Source of the DNA: Orbicella franksi
Taxonomy: Eukaryota
Assembly: GCA_964199315.1 (NCBI GenBank)
Contig: OZ116706.1
Span: forward strand, 4,340,001-4,404,000
Direction: 5' to 3'
DNA: 64,000 nt
Each line of letters starts with the position of its first letter. The stretch's first letter is position 1. The notes beneath the pieces are model-generated. The model had not been told where the DNA came from and ran no database searches. It saw only the letters and a list, made by a program, of their open reading frames with translations. A program made the position numbers and the translations under genes. This document shows positions 25,401-37,100 of the stretch, piece after piece.

Positions 25401-28400
25401 TTTGTATTTAAATCATTCTGCAAATAGTTAGAAGTTCAATTCTCCACGGATGAGGACTACAAGCCGTCTCCTGTATCTTCAGTGTTATATGGTTCTGTTG
25501 TCTGACCTTGTCCCACAGGCTGGCGCTTCACAAAGGGTTAACCTCATTGCGCCTTTCCCACTTGGACAGAATTGTCCAAGAGAAATTGCTATGTCTAGTA
25601 TACTTGTCTATATCTCTTAAGCAAAAAACTCCAAGACAAAGAGCCACATTCAGGAATTTGAGTAGAGAAAGTTAAGGAGTTCGCGCGATCTATTATCAAT
25701 CATAGTCAGTTGAAAGACAGGACGCTTTAGAAATGGCCGGGTAACAGCTAGCTGGGTTAAGTTGGGAAATCCTGACAAAACTCCTCCAGCGAACTTTCTA
25801 TATGGCACTGATCGAGGGGCGTAACTTAAAGAGGTGAAAGTCATGTTTCGCGTGTACTCCTTTCAAAAATTGTTCCATTTTAAGATAAGCGTATTGCAGC
25901 ACCTTTTACTTTACGACTTCAAAATTAGTTTCAAGACGCAGAAACTATGGACGCTTTAAATTCCGGTTTAAATTAAGAATACTCCCAACAGCAGATAACA
26001 CCATTTTCTGGTTGTGGATTGCATCGAAATGTGATTCTTTTTCCAACACGTCATCAGAAAAAAGAGGGAAATCTCTTACAATGGTTTTCCCGGTGGTAAA
26101 CGAAATGGCCTTGAGCTAAAATTTTGGACATCATTCACGTCACTTTTTAAGGAAAGTAACTTAACCATACTAACGGGAGAGCTACTTACCTTCATAACCA
26201 TAACCATGCGTATTAACACACTTATTTTGAATTTCAACACAGCTCATTCACCGAGATCTGGCCGCGAGGAACGTGTTAGTTGGTGAAGGCCTGCGCTGTA
26301 AAATCACTGATTTTGGGATGGCGAGAGATCTGGGGAAAAGAGAAATTTATGTTAGGAGATCTAATGTAAGTACGCATGCGAAGTGAATGCCTATCTCGCA
26401 TTCACTTCGCTTTCTCCTTCTCAATACTATGCGATGCTCAGTACCTCTTTCTAGAACACACCAAAGCCAAACCTTGGTTCGGAAAAAGTAATATAATTTT
26501 TTTCATTAAAAACAGGGTCCTTGAATATAGCAATTCGTGAGTTTTCACTAGCTTATAGCCATCATGGGTTATGGGCCATTATACCATGCTCTACAAATAC
26601 GGTATGCGTGCGCTTGATTTTGTTTAGGCCTTTGACAAATTATTTTAGTCCAGTTTTCTATATTTTGGGGGCGTTTTTAGTAAAACAATTATTCCACTCG
26701 CGCTTGTTGGCTATCTCCCATCTCATATCCAACGCGCGCTTATGGACTTATTGTTCAATACCATACCATAGGAAAAACAGTCAATAAAAATACGTTCGAC
26801 GCACGAGTCTTTAGCCGAGTGTGTATACTTAGAAAATAGAAATTACAAGTGGGATATTCGATGGTATACCACGAATAAGTGTTGCATAACTATTTTATAA
26901 CAGGCCATGAAAAATACAGTGGACAACATAATCAATGCGACATACGCGCAGCGCACGACGGGAAGGTTGGTTGAAATACCGTTGAATGTACAACGACTCT
27001 GCCGTACTCTAATTGGCTGTATTTTCTATGGCATGGTATAATGGCTCATAACCCATGATAGCTGAGCCAATGAAAACTCTCGAATTGCATTATCCGATGA
27101 TCCCACTTATCACTTGTATTTCCTCGTTAAAGGCCCGTGCATACCGAGAAACGTCCAGGTGATTCTGCATGACGTTTGTTGTAGAAGGACTAACATGACG
27201 TCCCGATTATGAAGAAAGGCCGTCAGTATGTGCGTTTGTTTTGAGCTGCTCCGGTCCATAAAGGTTTTCGAAATACTGGATATTTAGGAGGGGGGCGTAA
27301 GGGGGGTCCGAGAACCGCAAAACCGCGTAGAAAAACGTAAAAAAACCGCAATACCGCAAGGAAATTTACCAAAATACCGAAACCGTAGTTACAATTGTGC
27401 TACGGTGCCGTCATCATTACTTCTAGTTCGCTATTCCATTAGAAATACGACCTTATTTAGTTTGATAAAAGTGTACGTTAATGTTAATCAACGTATGATC
27501 ATCGCACTCATAAAATAATACTGTAATAATTGACACACGTCCGTGGGACTGACTTCGTTATGCTGTTGCGCAACTAACATGTGTGCGCTCGCGCACGCAC
27601 GAATACTGCTGAGTTATCCAATTGAAAAACATCGATGTTTACGACTTCAACACTGGAAACCACCCGAATGCAGACTCTTTTTTACCGATTACCGCGATCG
27701 AAAATTTATGAAAACCGCAAACCGCTTAGTCTTATTAAACCGCAATACCGCTGGTTAAAATAAAGATTTCCGCAAAACCGCACCAAAACTAAAGCAAAAC
27801 CGTATCACCGCAAACCCTAACGCCCCCCTCATTCAGATAAAAAAAAAAATAACGGAATAGAGGATATTACGTGGCCACGCGCAGATAGGAAATTTCTCTT
27901 CGAGCGTTGAAAAATATTTCACGAGTGAGCGCAGCGAAGGACTGCAATATTTTTCAACACGGAAGAGAAATTTTATATCTTCAATTAAGCGGCCTATTCA
28001 TTATATCACCACCAGTGAAATACCAAACCATTTAACTTTCGCTGGGAAAGGCGTGATTTATTATTTACCCTAGCAACGGTGATATTTTCACATGTGAGCT
28101 GGCGAGCGCGAGTGGGCAAGATTAATCAAATCCTGCGCTGTGATTGGCTAACCGAGCGGGCAAGATGGAGCTATCTTGCCCGTTCGGGACTACCCGCCGT
28201 GCCCCATAAGAAAATTTCCCCGAAAGCCATGTAATAATTCCTTTATTGACCAAGCTTGTTCGGTCAAGATGGCTGAATGTTGGCCTCGTTCTTTTTTTGC
28301 GAGTTTATGGACCGAGACGGAGTCAATATCCAGCCAATATCCAGCCATCTTGACCTCACACTTGGTCAATAACCCATATATATGGAATATTTAGAACAGA

Positions 28401-30399
28401 TATCCCGAGTTATCGAGTAGGACACTTACTAATTTTAGAATTGGAATTATGAGATACGGGGATATTTAGGCCAAAAACTAACGGGATAACAGACCACCTC
28501 CCCCTAATGGCGCTTTTTTTTGTTGAGCAGCAAAGAAAAAATTAAGTTTTTTTTGTATTTTGTCAGGGTCTGATGCCTGTAAAGTGGATGGCAATAGAGT
28601 CATTAACAAGACAAGTTTATACAACAGAAAGTGATGTGTAAGTTTATTATCTACTTAACACTTCACTAGCCCCAAGCTCAAAACAACATTCCTCATTACT
28701 GTTTCCATAAATCTCGTTAAGTGTTAGCTGTAACAATAAAGTGGCACATCAAGAAATTGTCCCTTTGTGATTATTTGATCCAGTCAGAGGCGGATCTAGG
28801 GAGAGGGTGCAGGGGGTGCGCACCTCCCCCCCCCCCCTCCCCGTGAGATGAAGCCTTCTTCTTCGTATTCGCTTTAAAAATTTGTTTAACTCACCAGTCA
28901 GTTATGCCATTCCTTAGTAGTGCACCCCTCCTGAGAAAAATCCTGGATCGGCCCCTGCCAGTGCTTTAGGCTCTCGTAAACTTTATTTAAAATTAAGATT
29001 CCCTTTGCAGTATTTGGGTTGGGGTGTGCGCAAGACAACTTGTGATTGGTCAATTGCGAATTTGGTTTTGGTAAATCTGTCAACACTGATGTGTTCGTCT
29101 CATAATTACCTTGTAGCTGGAGTTACGGCATTGTCTTGTATGAGATTTTCACTTTAGGTAAGTAATCATGACCATTTTGATCAAATCTCTCGAAAATTCC
29201 GGTCAAAATCAAGCAGAACAGTCTGCATTTTAATAACCCCTGGCACGCCACCAGAGTGGTCAATTAAGGGGGAGGGGTGGTGAGGGGGTTCAATGGCGGT
29301 TTTGAAATGTAAGCTTATACGTGTTAAATTTAAGAGGACCCTTTCAGACTCTATGTCCAGTTAACAGCTTCTGCGGTAAACAAAGGCAGGTCCGAAAACA
29401 GGAATGCAATTCTTTGATAAGTATAATAGAGTGTTCAGGGTGATAGTTGGAAAAAGGCGCGATCGTCGAAGAAAGAAGAGAAAAAGAAAGAATACATCGT
29501 TTATCGCAACCTCGTTCCCATGGCCTGTAACGGAAAATACCATGGAAACGAGGTTGCGTTTTTCGTGGTGCTCCCTAACTAAACGACATGCAAACATTTG
29601 AAAATCAAAATGTCAAATCTCTCCGTCTTAATTTTCCCTTACAATTTCAGGGGACAAAATAGAATATGTCTGAAATAAACTTGACGTCAAATTGGTTCAC
29701 TTATTAGTTAATAACTTCATTGCCCTTGACAGGTGGAAGACCTTACGATAGAATGACTGGAGAAGAAGTTTATAACTTCGTGGCAAGTGGTCACAGATTA
29801 CCAAGGACTCCAGCCATGAGCTCGGAATTGTACGTATATTGAATTCATTTTTGACAAAGAGATAACGTATACATTCAATAATTCTCTCGGCATTGAAGCT
29901 CAAACTGGCTCTAGTAATGTGCTGTGTTCACCTCTACACTTAAGCCATTTTTCTTGGTGTAAGTATATTTTACCTCTTAGTGTACTTTTGTGTGCCTTTT
30001 CTCGCGTTTTTGTCTTTCTTTGCTTTTGAGCATTTCCGCGTTTAGCTTTGCTTACTGTTTTGTATCCTACATTATGATCATTTTCTGTGTTGATGACAGC
30101 ATTTTCATTCTTTTGTTAAGTCTTAGGTATCTTTAAAATTCAAGGTAGTCCTGTTAGCTTCCCTGGGCTTTCTTGCCTTATACGATGATATTTTTAAAAA
30201 ATAATTTATAAATGGCAGAAATAAAACAATTTCAGCCATATCGTAAATTCGAATCTTCTGTTTTGCGATTTGCTGTGATGATGTTTCTTTTGGCTGCAGG
30301 TATAATCTTATGCTGCAGTGTTGGCACGAGGAACCATCCAAGAGACCAGCATTTGGCTCGATCGCGTCTTGGACAGAAACTGTTGCGCAGGACTACTGA
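14652..30399 (+). CDS. Receptor tyrosine kinase, FGFR/RET/Tie-related kinase domain; SP-Ig(V-like)-Ig(I-set)-FN3-TM-long juxtamembrane-TK, 1025 aa
   Basis: 15 phase-consistent GT-AG exons: 14652-14730, 17080-17457, 17671-17919, 18333-18680, 19988-20164, 20804-20828, 22518-22566, 22677-23685, 23786-23926, 24899-25089, 26243-26365, 28567-28637, 29117-29157, 29733-29829, 30300-30399 (sum 3078 nt). Kinase motifs: [58 protein letters not shown]. Canonical I-set Cys pair in Ig2 (LNC...FLC). Confidence 0.9.
16426..16585. mobile_element. ~160-bp MITE (CAGGGGCGGATC-type ends), copy 1
   Basis: Highly similar to 28785-28957 (GGTGCAGGGGGTGCGCACC...CTTCTTCTTCGTATTCGC...GGATCGGCCCCTG). Confidence 0.7.
16772..16830 (-). 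ncRNA. Type I hammerhead ribozyme-like motif (PLE/retrozyme type), antisense in RTK intron
   Basis: Minus strand: GGCAUUUGC-CUGAUGA-UUGCUUC[GCAA]GGAGCAU-GAAA-CUCUGAG-UA/GCAAUAAAUGUC. It has the core CUGAUGA...GAAA, a GUA cleavage triplet, stem II with a GNRA loop, stem I of 4 bp + UAA bulge + 5 bp, and a near-palindromic stem III. Confidence 0.6.
22392..22511. repeat. (ATTG/TGAT)n tetranucleotide microsatellite abutting an RTK splice acceptor
   Basis: About 30 imperfect GATT units ending at ...GATTTTCAG|22518. Confidence 0.9.
25330..25500 (+). mobile_element. Degraded SINE-like body fragment
   Basis: ...ACACTCATGATCTTAAAATAACTGAGGAGAAGTGCCGTCTTTGTA...GGATGAGGACTACAAGCCG resembles the body of tRNA-derived SINEs; head missing. 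From recall, not from a search. Confidence 0.3.
27288..27830. mobile_element. GAGGGGG-ended MITE with 6-bp TSD, copy 1 (543 bp)
   Basis: Ends GAGGGGGGCGTAAGGG / CCCTAACGCCCCCCTC; TSD ATTTAG / ATTCAG; subterminal AAAACCGC arrays. Confidence 0.7.
28785..28957. mobile_element. ~170-bp MITE (CAGGGGCGGATC-type ends), copy 2
   Basis: Ends CAGAGGCGGATCTAGG / CCTGGATCGGCCCCTG; 5-bp direct repeat CCAGT (28780-28784, 28958-28962). Confidence 0.72.
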
Positions 30400-30560
30400 T
30401 ACCACGGAAAAGATATCTTTGTGCCACGACGTTATGTGGATTTTGAACTGTAACGTGTCACTTAAAGAGCTTCGTCAAGGATGGAAAAAAAATTCACCCT
30501 AGAATTTTCAAATTTGCATCTGTAACATATATAATCCGTCTCAAAGTTGTCAAGACTTAA

Positions 30561-30861
30561 AGGTCGGCACACACACACGAGGGGACTCGTCCCTGCAACT
30601 AGTCTCCTGAAGAGTTTACACAAAGGGACTGGTCGCAGGGACTTGTCCCACCGAAGGGTTCACACGAAGCGTTTTGAGGAACAAGTCGTAAGGACTTGTC
30701 CCAAAAATTCAAACCAGTTTGAATTCGTGGGACTAGCTAGTCGCGGGGACCAAATTTTAGTTTCTGCGACTAGATTTTGTGGCAAAAATGGCTAGTTCAC
30801 AAGATGGGGACTTGTCCGCGCGACTTGTTGCAGGGGCTAGTTCGCTCGTGTGTGCTGACCT
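30561..30861. mobile_element. PIF/Harbinger-type MITE
   Basis: TIR AGGTCGGCACACAC / GTGTGTGCTGACCT with TAA TSD (30558-30560, 30862-30864). Confidence 0.7.
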
Positions 30862-31226
30862 TAACACTGTTGTGTAGTAAAACCACACGAGAAATGATGT
30901 GACTGAACTGTTATAGCATATCTTAGCTTTCGTTGCCAAGCAACGTATAGGACGTATGTTTAAGTATCATTTTAAATGAGCGACAAATGATATTTTTTTA
31001 TAAAAGAACGTAAGGATTTCGAATGCTGTCTTTTATAGCTTTTTCTTATGTACAACATTTAACTGAATTTCAATTGGAATGTCTCGGTAAAAGTAAACAT
31101 CTTTTTAAATGTCCACCGGTTTAAGTAGAACGAATTCTGTTAATTCTTCTCGTTTATTTTTTACAGTAATTTTACTGCAAGAATAATAAAACTCTTGGTT
31201 CAAAAGACAACTTGTCTTTGCTTATT

Positions 31227-32179
31227 GAGGGGGGCGTTGGGATTTTCGGTTTCGCGAATGTGGCTAATTTTTGGTTCGGTTTTTCGTTTTTGGTGTCTTG
31301 TGCGGTTTGCGAGTTTTCTCCAATTTAGTCTTTGGTTTTCGGTTTTTGTCAACAATGATGGCGGTTTTTCGGATTTTGCTCCCCAATGCATTTTACGGTT
31401 TTGCTGCTTTTACCAAGGAAGTTACAACCCGCAGTCGCGCTAAAACTGTAATTCCAAGGGACCACTTACAGTTAGAGGAATGCATGAAAAGCCTAGTCTC
31501 TTTAATAGCCGTTATTTGGGTCGTAACGGCTGCCAAGCAGACTATGAAAAGCTAAAGATAACATCAAAGCAAAAGACTATTTTTCAAATGTCACTCGGCT
31601 GGGATAATATCTTGTGGACTTTGACCTTAGACTATGGACCATCAAGTTTCTATAGCTCAATTGCGAGTTGTCTCCCGGTTTCTTCGCGAGAATAACATTG
31701 CGCTCACTCGCTCCGTTCACGTGGAATAAGAGCAATGGAGAAACTGTTTGGTTGTAAAATGGCGCGCCATTGCGCCTACACAAATGAACATTCTGACAAC
31801 GGCAATCAAAAAAAAAACTTCAGAATGTGGTGTTTCTTTTAAACAAAAATCAACTAAAATCATTTTATCGTGCAATTTGTTGCTAGTTTCACATTGCTAT
31901 AGGTCTGTGGAACCGATTTATACAAAAAAGGAGCTTTTTAGACTACGATGTGTTCTGTACTAACGAGGGAATACGCAAAAAGAACTTCGGAATGTAAAAC
32001 AAGTTTAGACGTATAAAAATTAAATAACAGAAAGAGAGATTCCCAAGACTACCAAAGTTTTGTTAGTGAGAGCTTTTATTTCGGTTTTCGGTTTTGGACG
32101 AAATTTCTTGCGGTTTTGCGGTTTTCGGCGATTTTTTGCGCGGTTTTTCGGTTTCTAAAAGGCCCCTACACCCCATCTC
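31227..32179. mobile_element. GAGGGGG-ended MITE with 6-bp TSD, copy 2 (953 bp, opposite orientation)
   Basis: Ends GAGGGGGGCGTTGGG / CCCCTACACCCCATCTC; perfect TSD CTTATT (31221-31226, 32180-32185); subterminal GCGGTTTT arrays. Confidence 0.7.
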
Positions 32180-33039
32180 CTTATTAGTTATTAGCTGGTT
32201 TAAGCGATTTCTTCTGCTGCTTTATGGCCTGTGTTTCTGCATTCTCGCATTTCCCGTGCTTTACAGATTCGCCGTTCGCGCCTGGCCTGTCAGTGACCCA
32301 AACTTGAGACCATTGATTGGTCTATCCTCGCACAATTACAAGCCTTCATCTTGTACATTTTACTGAAGCGAGTTTTTATTCATATTAACGAGAAGTATAC
32401 TTTTTCTTTCTCTCGTTACATCCGGACAATATGCATCGAATAAAAATGAATGTCATGATCAATTAATCAACTAGACTTAAATACCAGGCATTTATAGAGT
32501 TCCTTACTTTGGGAACGAGACCGTAGTTTTTGCAAATTATGAACTATGAATGACAACTGCGCAACTTGAAAGATGAGGTATGATCGGCTCGTCCTCTTCA
32601 TCTGACAGCTCACAGAGTACTATCAGTTCATTTTCGAATCCTACGCTGGCTTTGCTGCAGGAGGCATCCTTATTCACGGTATCAGCAATTGCCTCGTCAA
32701 TTTGAAATACCTGATTCTCGTGCCAAGCAAAGAAGAAGAAATGAAATGAGAGATCCTATAATTCCAACTCCACCAGCCATGAGAAACGCAGCAATGTAGT
32801 TACGAACCTGTCAGCCATTAACCCTACAAAAAATAGAAAGAAATGCGACTTTAAAATGTTCGTTTTCTTTTCGTCTGAGAATGCTACAAAACGAAGTTTG
32901 TTAGTCAGTCGATCGGTAAGCCAGTCTGAACGTTATACTAAGAAACATGCCTCAGCTTCCTCTTAGAAACGTGCACTATCCTACCGCAGGAACCGGGACT
33001 CGTGTCATGGTCTAAAAAAAGATATACCGAAGTTGAACC

Positions 33040-33200
33040 TCAAATTAAAGTAAGAATTCTATTCGTCAGATGATCAGTCATCGCAAAACCCCTAAGTCAC
33101 TGCAGCACTTTGTTTGGCTTAACATTCATTTATCAGTTTATTCGGAGAGGGAGAGAGATTCTTCGCCCTCTCACAGGAAGCAGTTGTTTGTAGTGAGCCG
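33040..33200 (+). pseudogene. Partial copy (unit 0) of the Crypton-like recombinase repeat
   Basis: Matches the internal segment of the 42.7-49.7 kb units (TAAGTCACTGCAGCACTTTGTTTGGCTTAACATTC...; PKSLQHFVWLNIH...IRRGREILR). Confidence 0.65.
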
Positions 33201-33488
33201 AGTTGTTCGCCATTCCGAACACAAAACATTTACCCTTATTTTTGATTTGTTTGTACGACCTCTCCATCAGCTTTAATTTTCGAACTCATCCCCTTGAGAA
33301 TTCGAGACCGGGTGGGGTTAAACTGCATAACTGAAGCGAAACTCAGACTTTATATATCATCTATATTCTATCCAGGAACGAAAGAGCTCCGATCAGTCGC
33401 GGAAAAAAAAGAAAACAAATCTCGAAGCGAATATAGTTGAAATAAATTGAGAACCTGGTTGTCAGCCCGCATACAGTTCTTTTAAAGG

Positions 33489-34126
33489 TGTCACGAGCGC
33501 TATATAAACTGTCATAAATAGTCCTTTATTTAGATCATTAGGAGATAAGTCTTTGCCGGTTTTGTTTAGGCCATCGCGGTCGCCTTTTTGATTACCCTAG
33601 TTTTCTTTCAATTATCAATCAATTCTCTTTTCTTGGATAGAACACCTGTTAGCCATATGCTTCCTGTTTGGCGACGTTCCACCGTTGAACGCCCTTCGTT
33701 TGCCACATCATAAGGAACGCCACTTTTAACTTTAGCCAGTCGGAGTTACGTTGCCATAGGAGAAAGAGGTGATCGGAGTTTATTAGTAGTCAGTCTTTAC
33801 ACGCAACTATCGGAGTACCGTCGGAGCATTGGAGTTACCTTTTCCTTTTCAGCCTTTAACGCAGTACCGGACGTAAGTTCTACTCGTTTATATTCGCCTT
33901 TTGGTTTTTCCTTTAACCACGCCTTTGTAGATCTTGTAAATTTTAGCTCTCTTTTAATTATGTATTGTAATCTACTCTGTAGTTTTCTCCGCATATGTAT
34001 AATATTTGGGCAAGTCGACCTAAATAAATGCTGTTCAAGTAAAGGCTGTCCAATTGTTCTACATCGTGCGGTTGACGCTCGACGATCTCAACGCGCACCA
34101 CGTGCCAGCTACTTGGGTTCGTTACG
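33489..34126 (+). repeat. 5' LTR of BEL/Pao element
   Basis: Starts TGTCACG and ends TTACG (the 3' copy ends TTACA); about 13 differences from the 3' LTR by eye count. Confidence 0.95.
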
Positions 34127-34181
34127 TGAAAAGTCCGCGGATACCCACAAACGCAGGTAAGCCGTATCTTAACGTGTAGAC

Positions 34182-37100
34182 ATGGAGCCATCGAAAACTA
34201 TGAGACAAGTAAGAGGACAGCCGAGCGCCGGAGGAACCAAGGAGAGCGGAGCTAGGAGTAAAAGAACAATAAAACTGACACGGAAAGCCCTGCAGAACGC
34301 AATAGACGACAAACGCAAAGAATTTCTCAAATCGCGTAGGAGGATCCTTAGTGTAATGCAATTAGTAGATGGCTTAAGAGATGACAGCGAAATCGCGTCC
34401 TTAGCGCGAGACCTCACAGCTGCTTCAGAGGAGTTCGGAGAGCTGCTACAGAGCTTGTTTCAACTGTACGAGCAAGATTCGTATGGTGATTTCGTGGAGG
34501 AAGTTCGACTCGAAGAAGAATACGACACCTTAAAACGAGCTCTCTCAGTTATAGAGAAACTAAAGAATAAAATGAGTTGACAATCCAACAAGTTGTTAGA
34601 GACGCGATCTGTCTCTTCTCGTCATTCATCGGTCTCTAAAGCGAGCAACGCCATCGCCAGGCTACAAGCGCTAGCCGATGCAAAAGCGGCCAAAGAAGAA
34701 GCTCAATACACGCGCCTAATAGCGGAAGAGGAACTTGAGCGGAAAACACGCGACGCAGAAACTGAAAGAATTCGGCAGCGAGAGAGAGCGCAGTTCGAAA
34801 AGGAGATGGCGATCTTAGGAGCGGACAAAAGGGCAGCTATAGCGAACGCTAAACTTAAAGTCTTCGAAGAGGCACTCTCGGAAGAGGATTTCGAATTGCC
34901 AGAGTTTAAAGATCCCCAAATTAAGACAGAGGAGCGCACCTCACAATGGGTCCATTCTTCTCCCTTGCTCGACCTCTCGCCCACAGGAAATCTGTCGCGC
35001 CCAGAAACCGCACCTAAACCGCAAATTGTATCGGAGCGAACAAAGCCTCCGTCATCTCCACCCCACAAACCGAAAATGTCGGAAAAGACAGGTCAATCTC
35101 ACGCTCTAAGCCCGGATCCTAATTCAGACCGTAAATTAAACGACAGTCACGGAGAACAACAAAATGCCGCCCTCAATCAACAACCCTTTACCTCATCGAC
35201 CCCCTTGAGAGATAACAGCGGAAGCCAGTTAATTGACTCTCTCACGGTCGTAAATCAACAAATTGTTGCCGGGCTAGCTAGACAAAACCTGCCGAAATGC
35301 CAACCAGATGTGTTCTCCGGAGACCCTACTCTCTTTCACCCTTGGAAATCCGCATTCAAAGCCATGCTAATTGACACTGACGTTTCCCCAACACAGGAAA
35401 TCAATTACTTGCGGAGCTTCACTAGCGGAAGACCACAGCGCCTAGTAGATAATTACAGGAAGCGACAAATGCGTGACCCCGTTGCGTTACTAAGGGATTT
35501 GTGGGAAGAACTGGAGAGGCGTTTTGGGAGCACTGCGGTTATTAACAACACACTGCTGGAGCGCTTGCGCAACTCAGCTACGTTCAACGAGCATGATAAT
35601 GAGAGTTTGCAGCAGATCTTTGCGCGGACATCGGGAGTCAAGTGACCTACCTCCCGGGACTCGCATGCCTCAATTATCCTAGCGCCATTCAACCTGTAAC
35701 GGAGAAATTACCGCAGTTCATCCGCGCCAAATGGGAGAAAGAAATTGCTCATTATTCCGACCGCAATGGAGGAACGTACCCCCCCCCCCTTCTCCAGGTT
35801 TTCCGAAATAGTAAAAGAACAGGCGAAGATCAAGAATAATCTGAACCTCCTAGCCAATAAAGAGGCGAGACCCCGCAGGAAGAAGAAAACGTTGAAAATG
35901 GACATGCAGCCCCTCGATGAGAAAAAGGGAGACTCGGAAAACGAGAAGTGGGAAGGCCGTCGCGGAAGAAACAAGCACTGCCAGTTCCACGACAGGACTA
36001 GACATGACCTATCGGAGTGTAAGGCATTTGCAGCTAAAACTCTAGAGGAACGCACACAGTGGATAAAGGACGCGCGCTTGTGCTTTCGATGTTTCAGCCC
36101 CGCCCATATCGCAAGCCGTTGTAACGTCCCGCTAAGGTGTACTATTTGTGGAGACAGGCGCCATAATGCCTTACTGCATAAGGAGAGGCAACTGCCCCCC
36201 AAATCGGAGCCTAAATCGGAGAACGAAGGAGTCAACCCGAAATGCACCACGCTCTGTGGACCGGCGGGAGGTGAGTAGCCCCCTCGTCACCGGCGAGTTA
36301 GCTGACTACCTTGGAGCAAGCGGACCCCCGGAGAAATACTTCCTGTCCACATGCAGTGGGGAGAAAGAGGAGAAGCACGGTCGGCGGGTACCAGGGATTA
36401 CAGTGCGCTCGCTCAGCGGACCAGAGTTCCCATTGCCAACTCTCACCGAGTGCGACACAATCCCTCAAGACAAGAGCGAGATTCCCACTCCGGACATGGC
36501 AAAAAGTTTCCCACATCTAATCGACATAGCACACGAGATACCTTCCCTAGACGAGTCCGCAAAGGTTCAGCTGCTGATCGGTCGGGACGCGCCCGAGCTG
36601 TTGAAAGTCAGAGAATTTAGAAACGGCCCAAGAGGAGCCCCCTGGGCGCAACGACTAGCCCTCGGATGGACTATCAGCGGTCAGATGTGCCTCGATTTCC
36701 CAAGCGGGCCTGCACATGTTCTCACCCGCCTCACCAGCTTGTCCGCCGCCGCGGAGAGAATCCGAGAGACTGGAGACAAGAACTACGAGCTGGTTCCCTG
36801 TCCAAACCAATTCAAGGTCGAGGACCCAATCCTGGAGCATGTTACCGACAGCATCTTCAAGACTACGCGAAGCGACAACGAACCTAGTTTCTCTCGCGAA
36901 GACCGTTTGTTTCTGGAGATCATAGAGGCAGGAATACACAAGAACGAGAGTGGTAACTGGGAGATGCCGCTACCATTTCGTGATAAGTTCCAAACCATGC
37001 CGAAAAACCGCGTCCAAGCCATGCAACGCTTACAAGGGCTTCTGAAGACGTTCGCCAGGAAACCAAAAATGAGAGCAGATTGCCTGGAGTTCATGGGAAA

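Noticed and set aside
32480-32760. Possible duplicated kinase-tail exon (WERDRSF) on plus and an acidic ATG-less open frame on minus
   Set aside because: Too short and divergent to support homology; the RTK already terminates properly at 30399; left unassigned.
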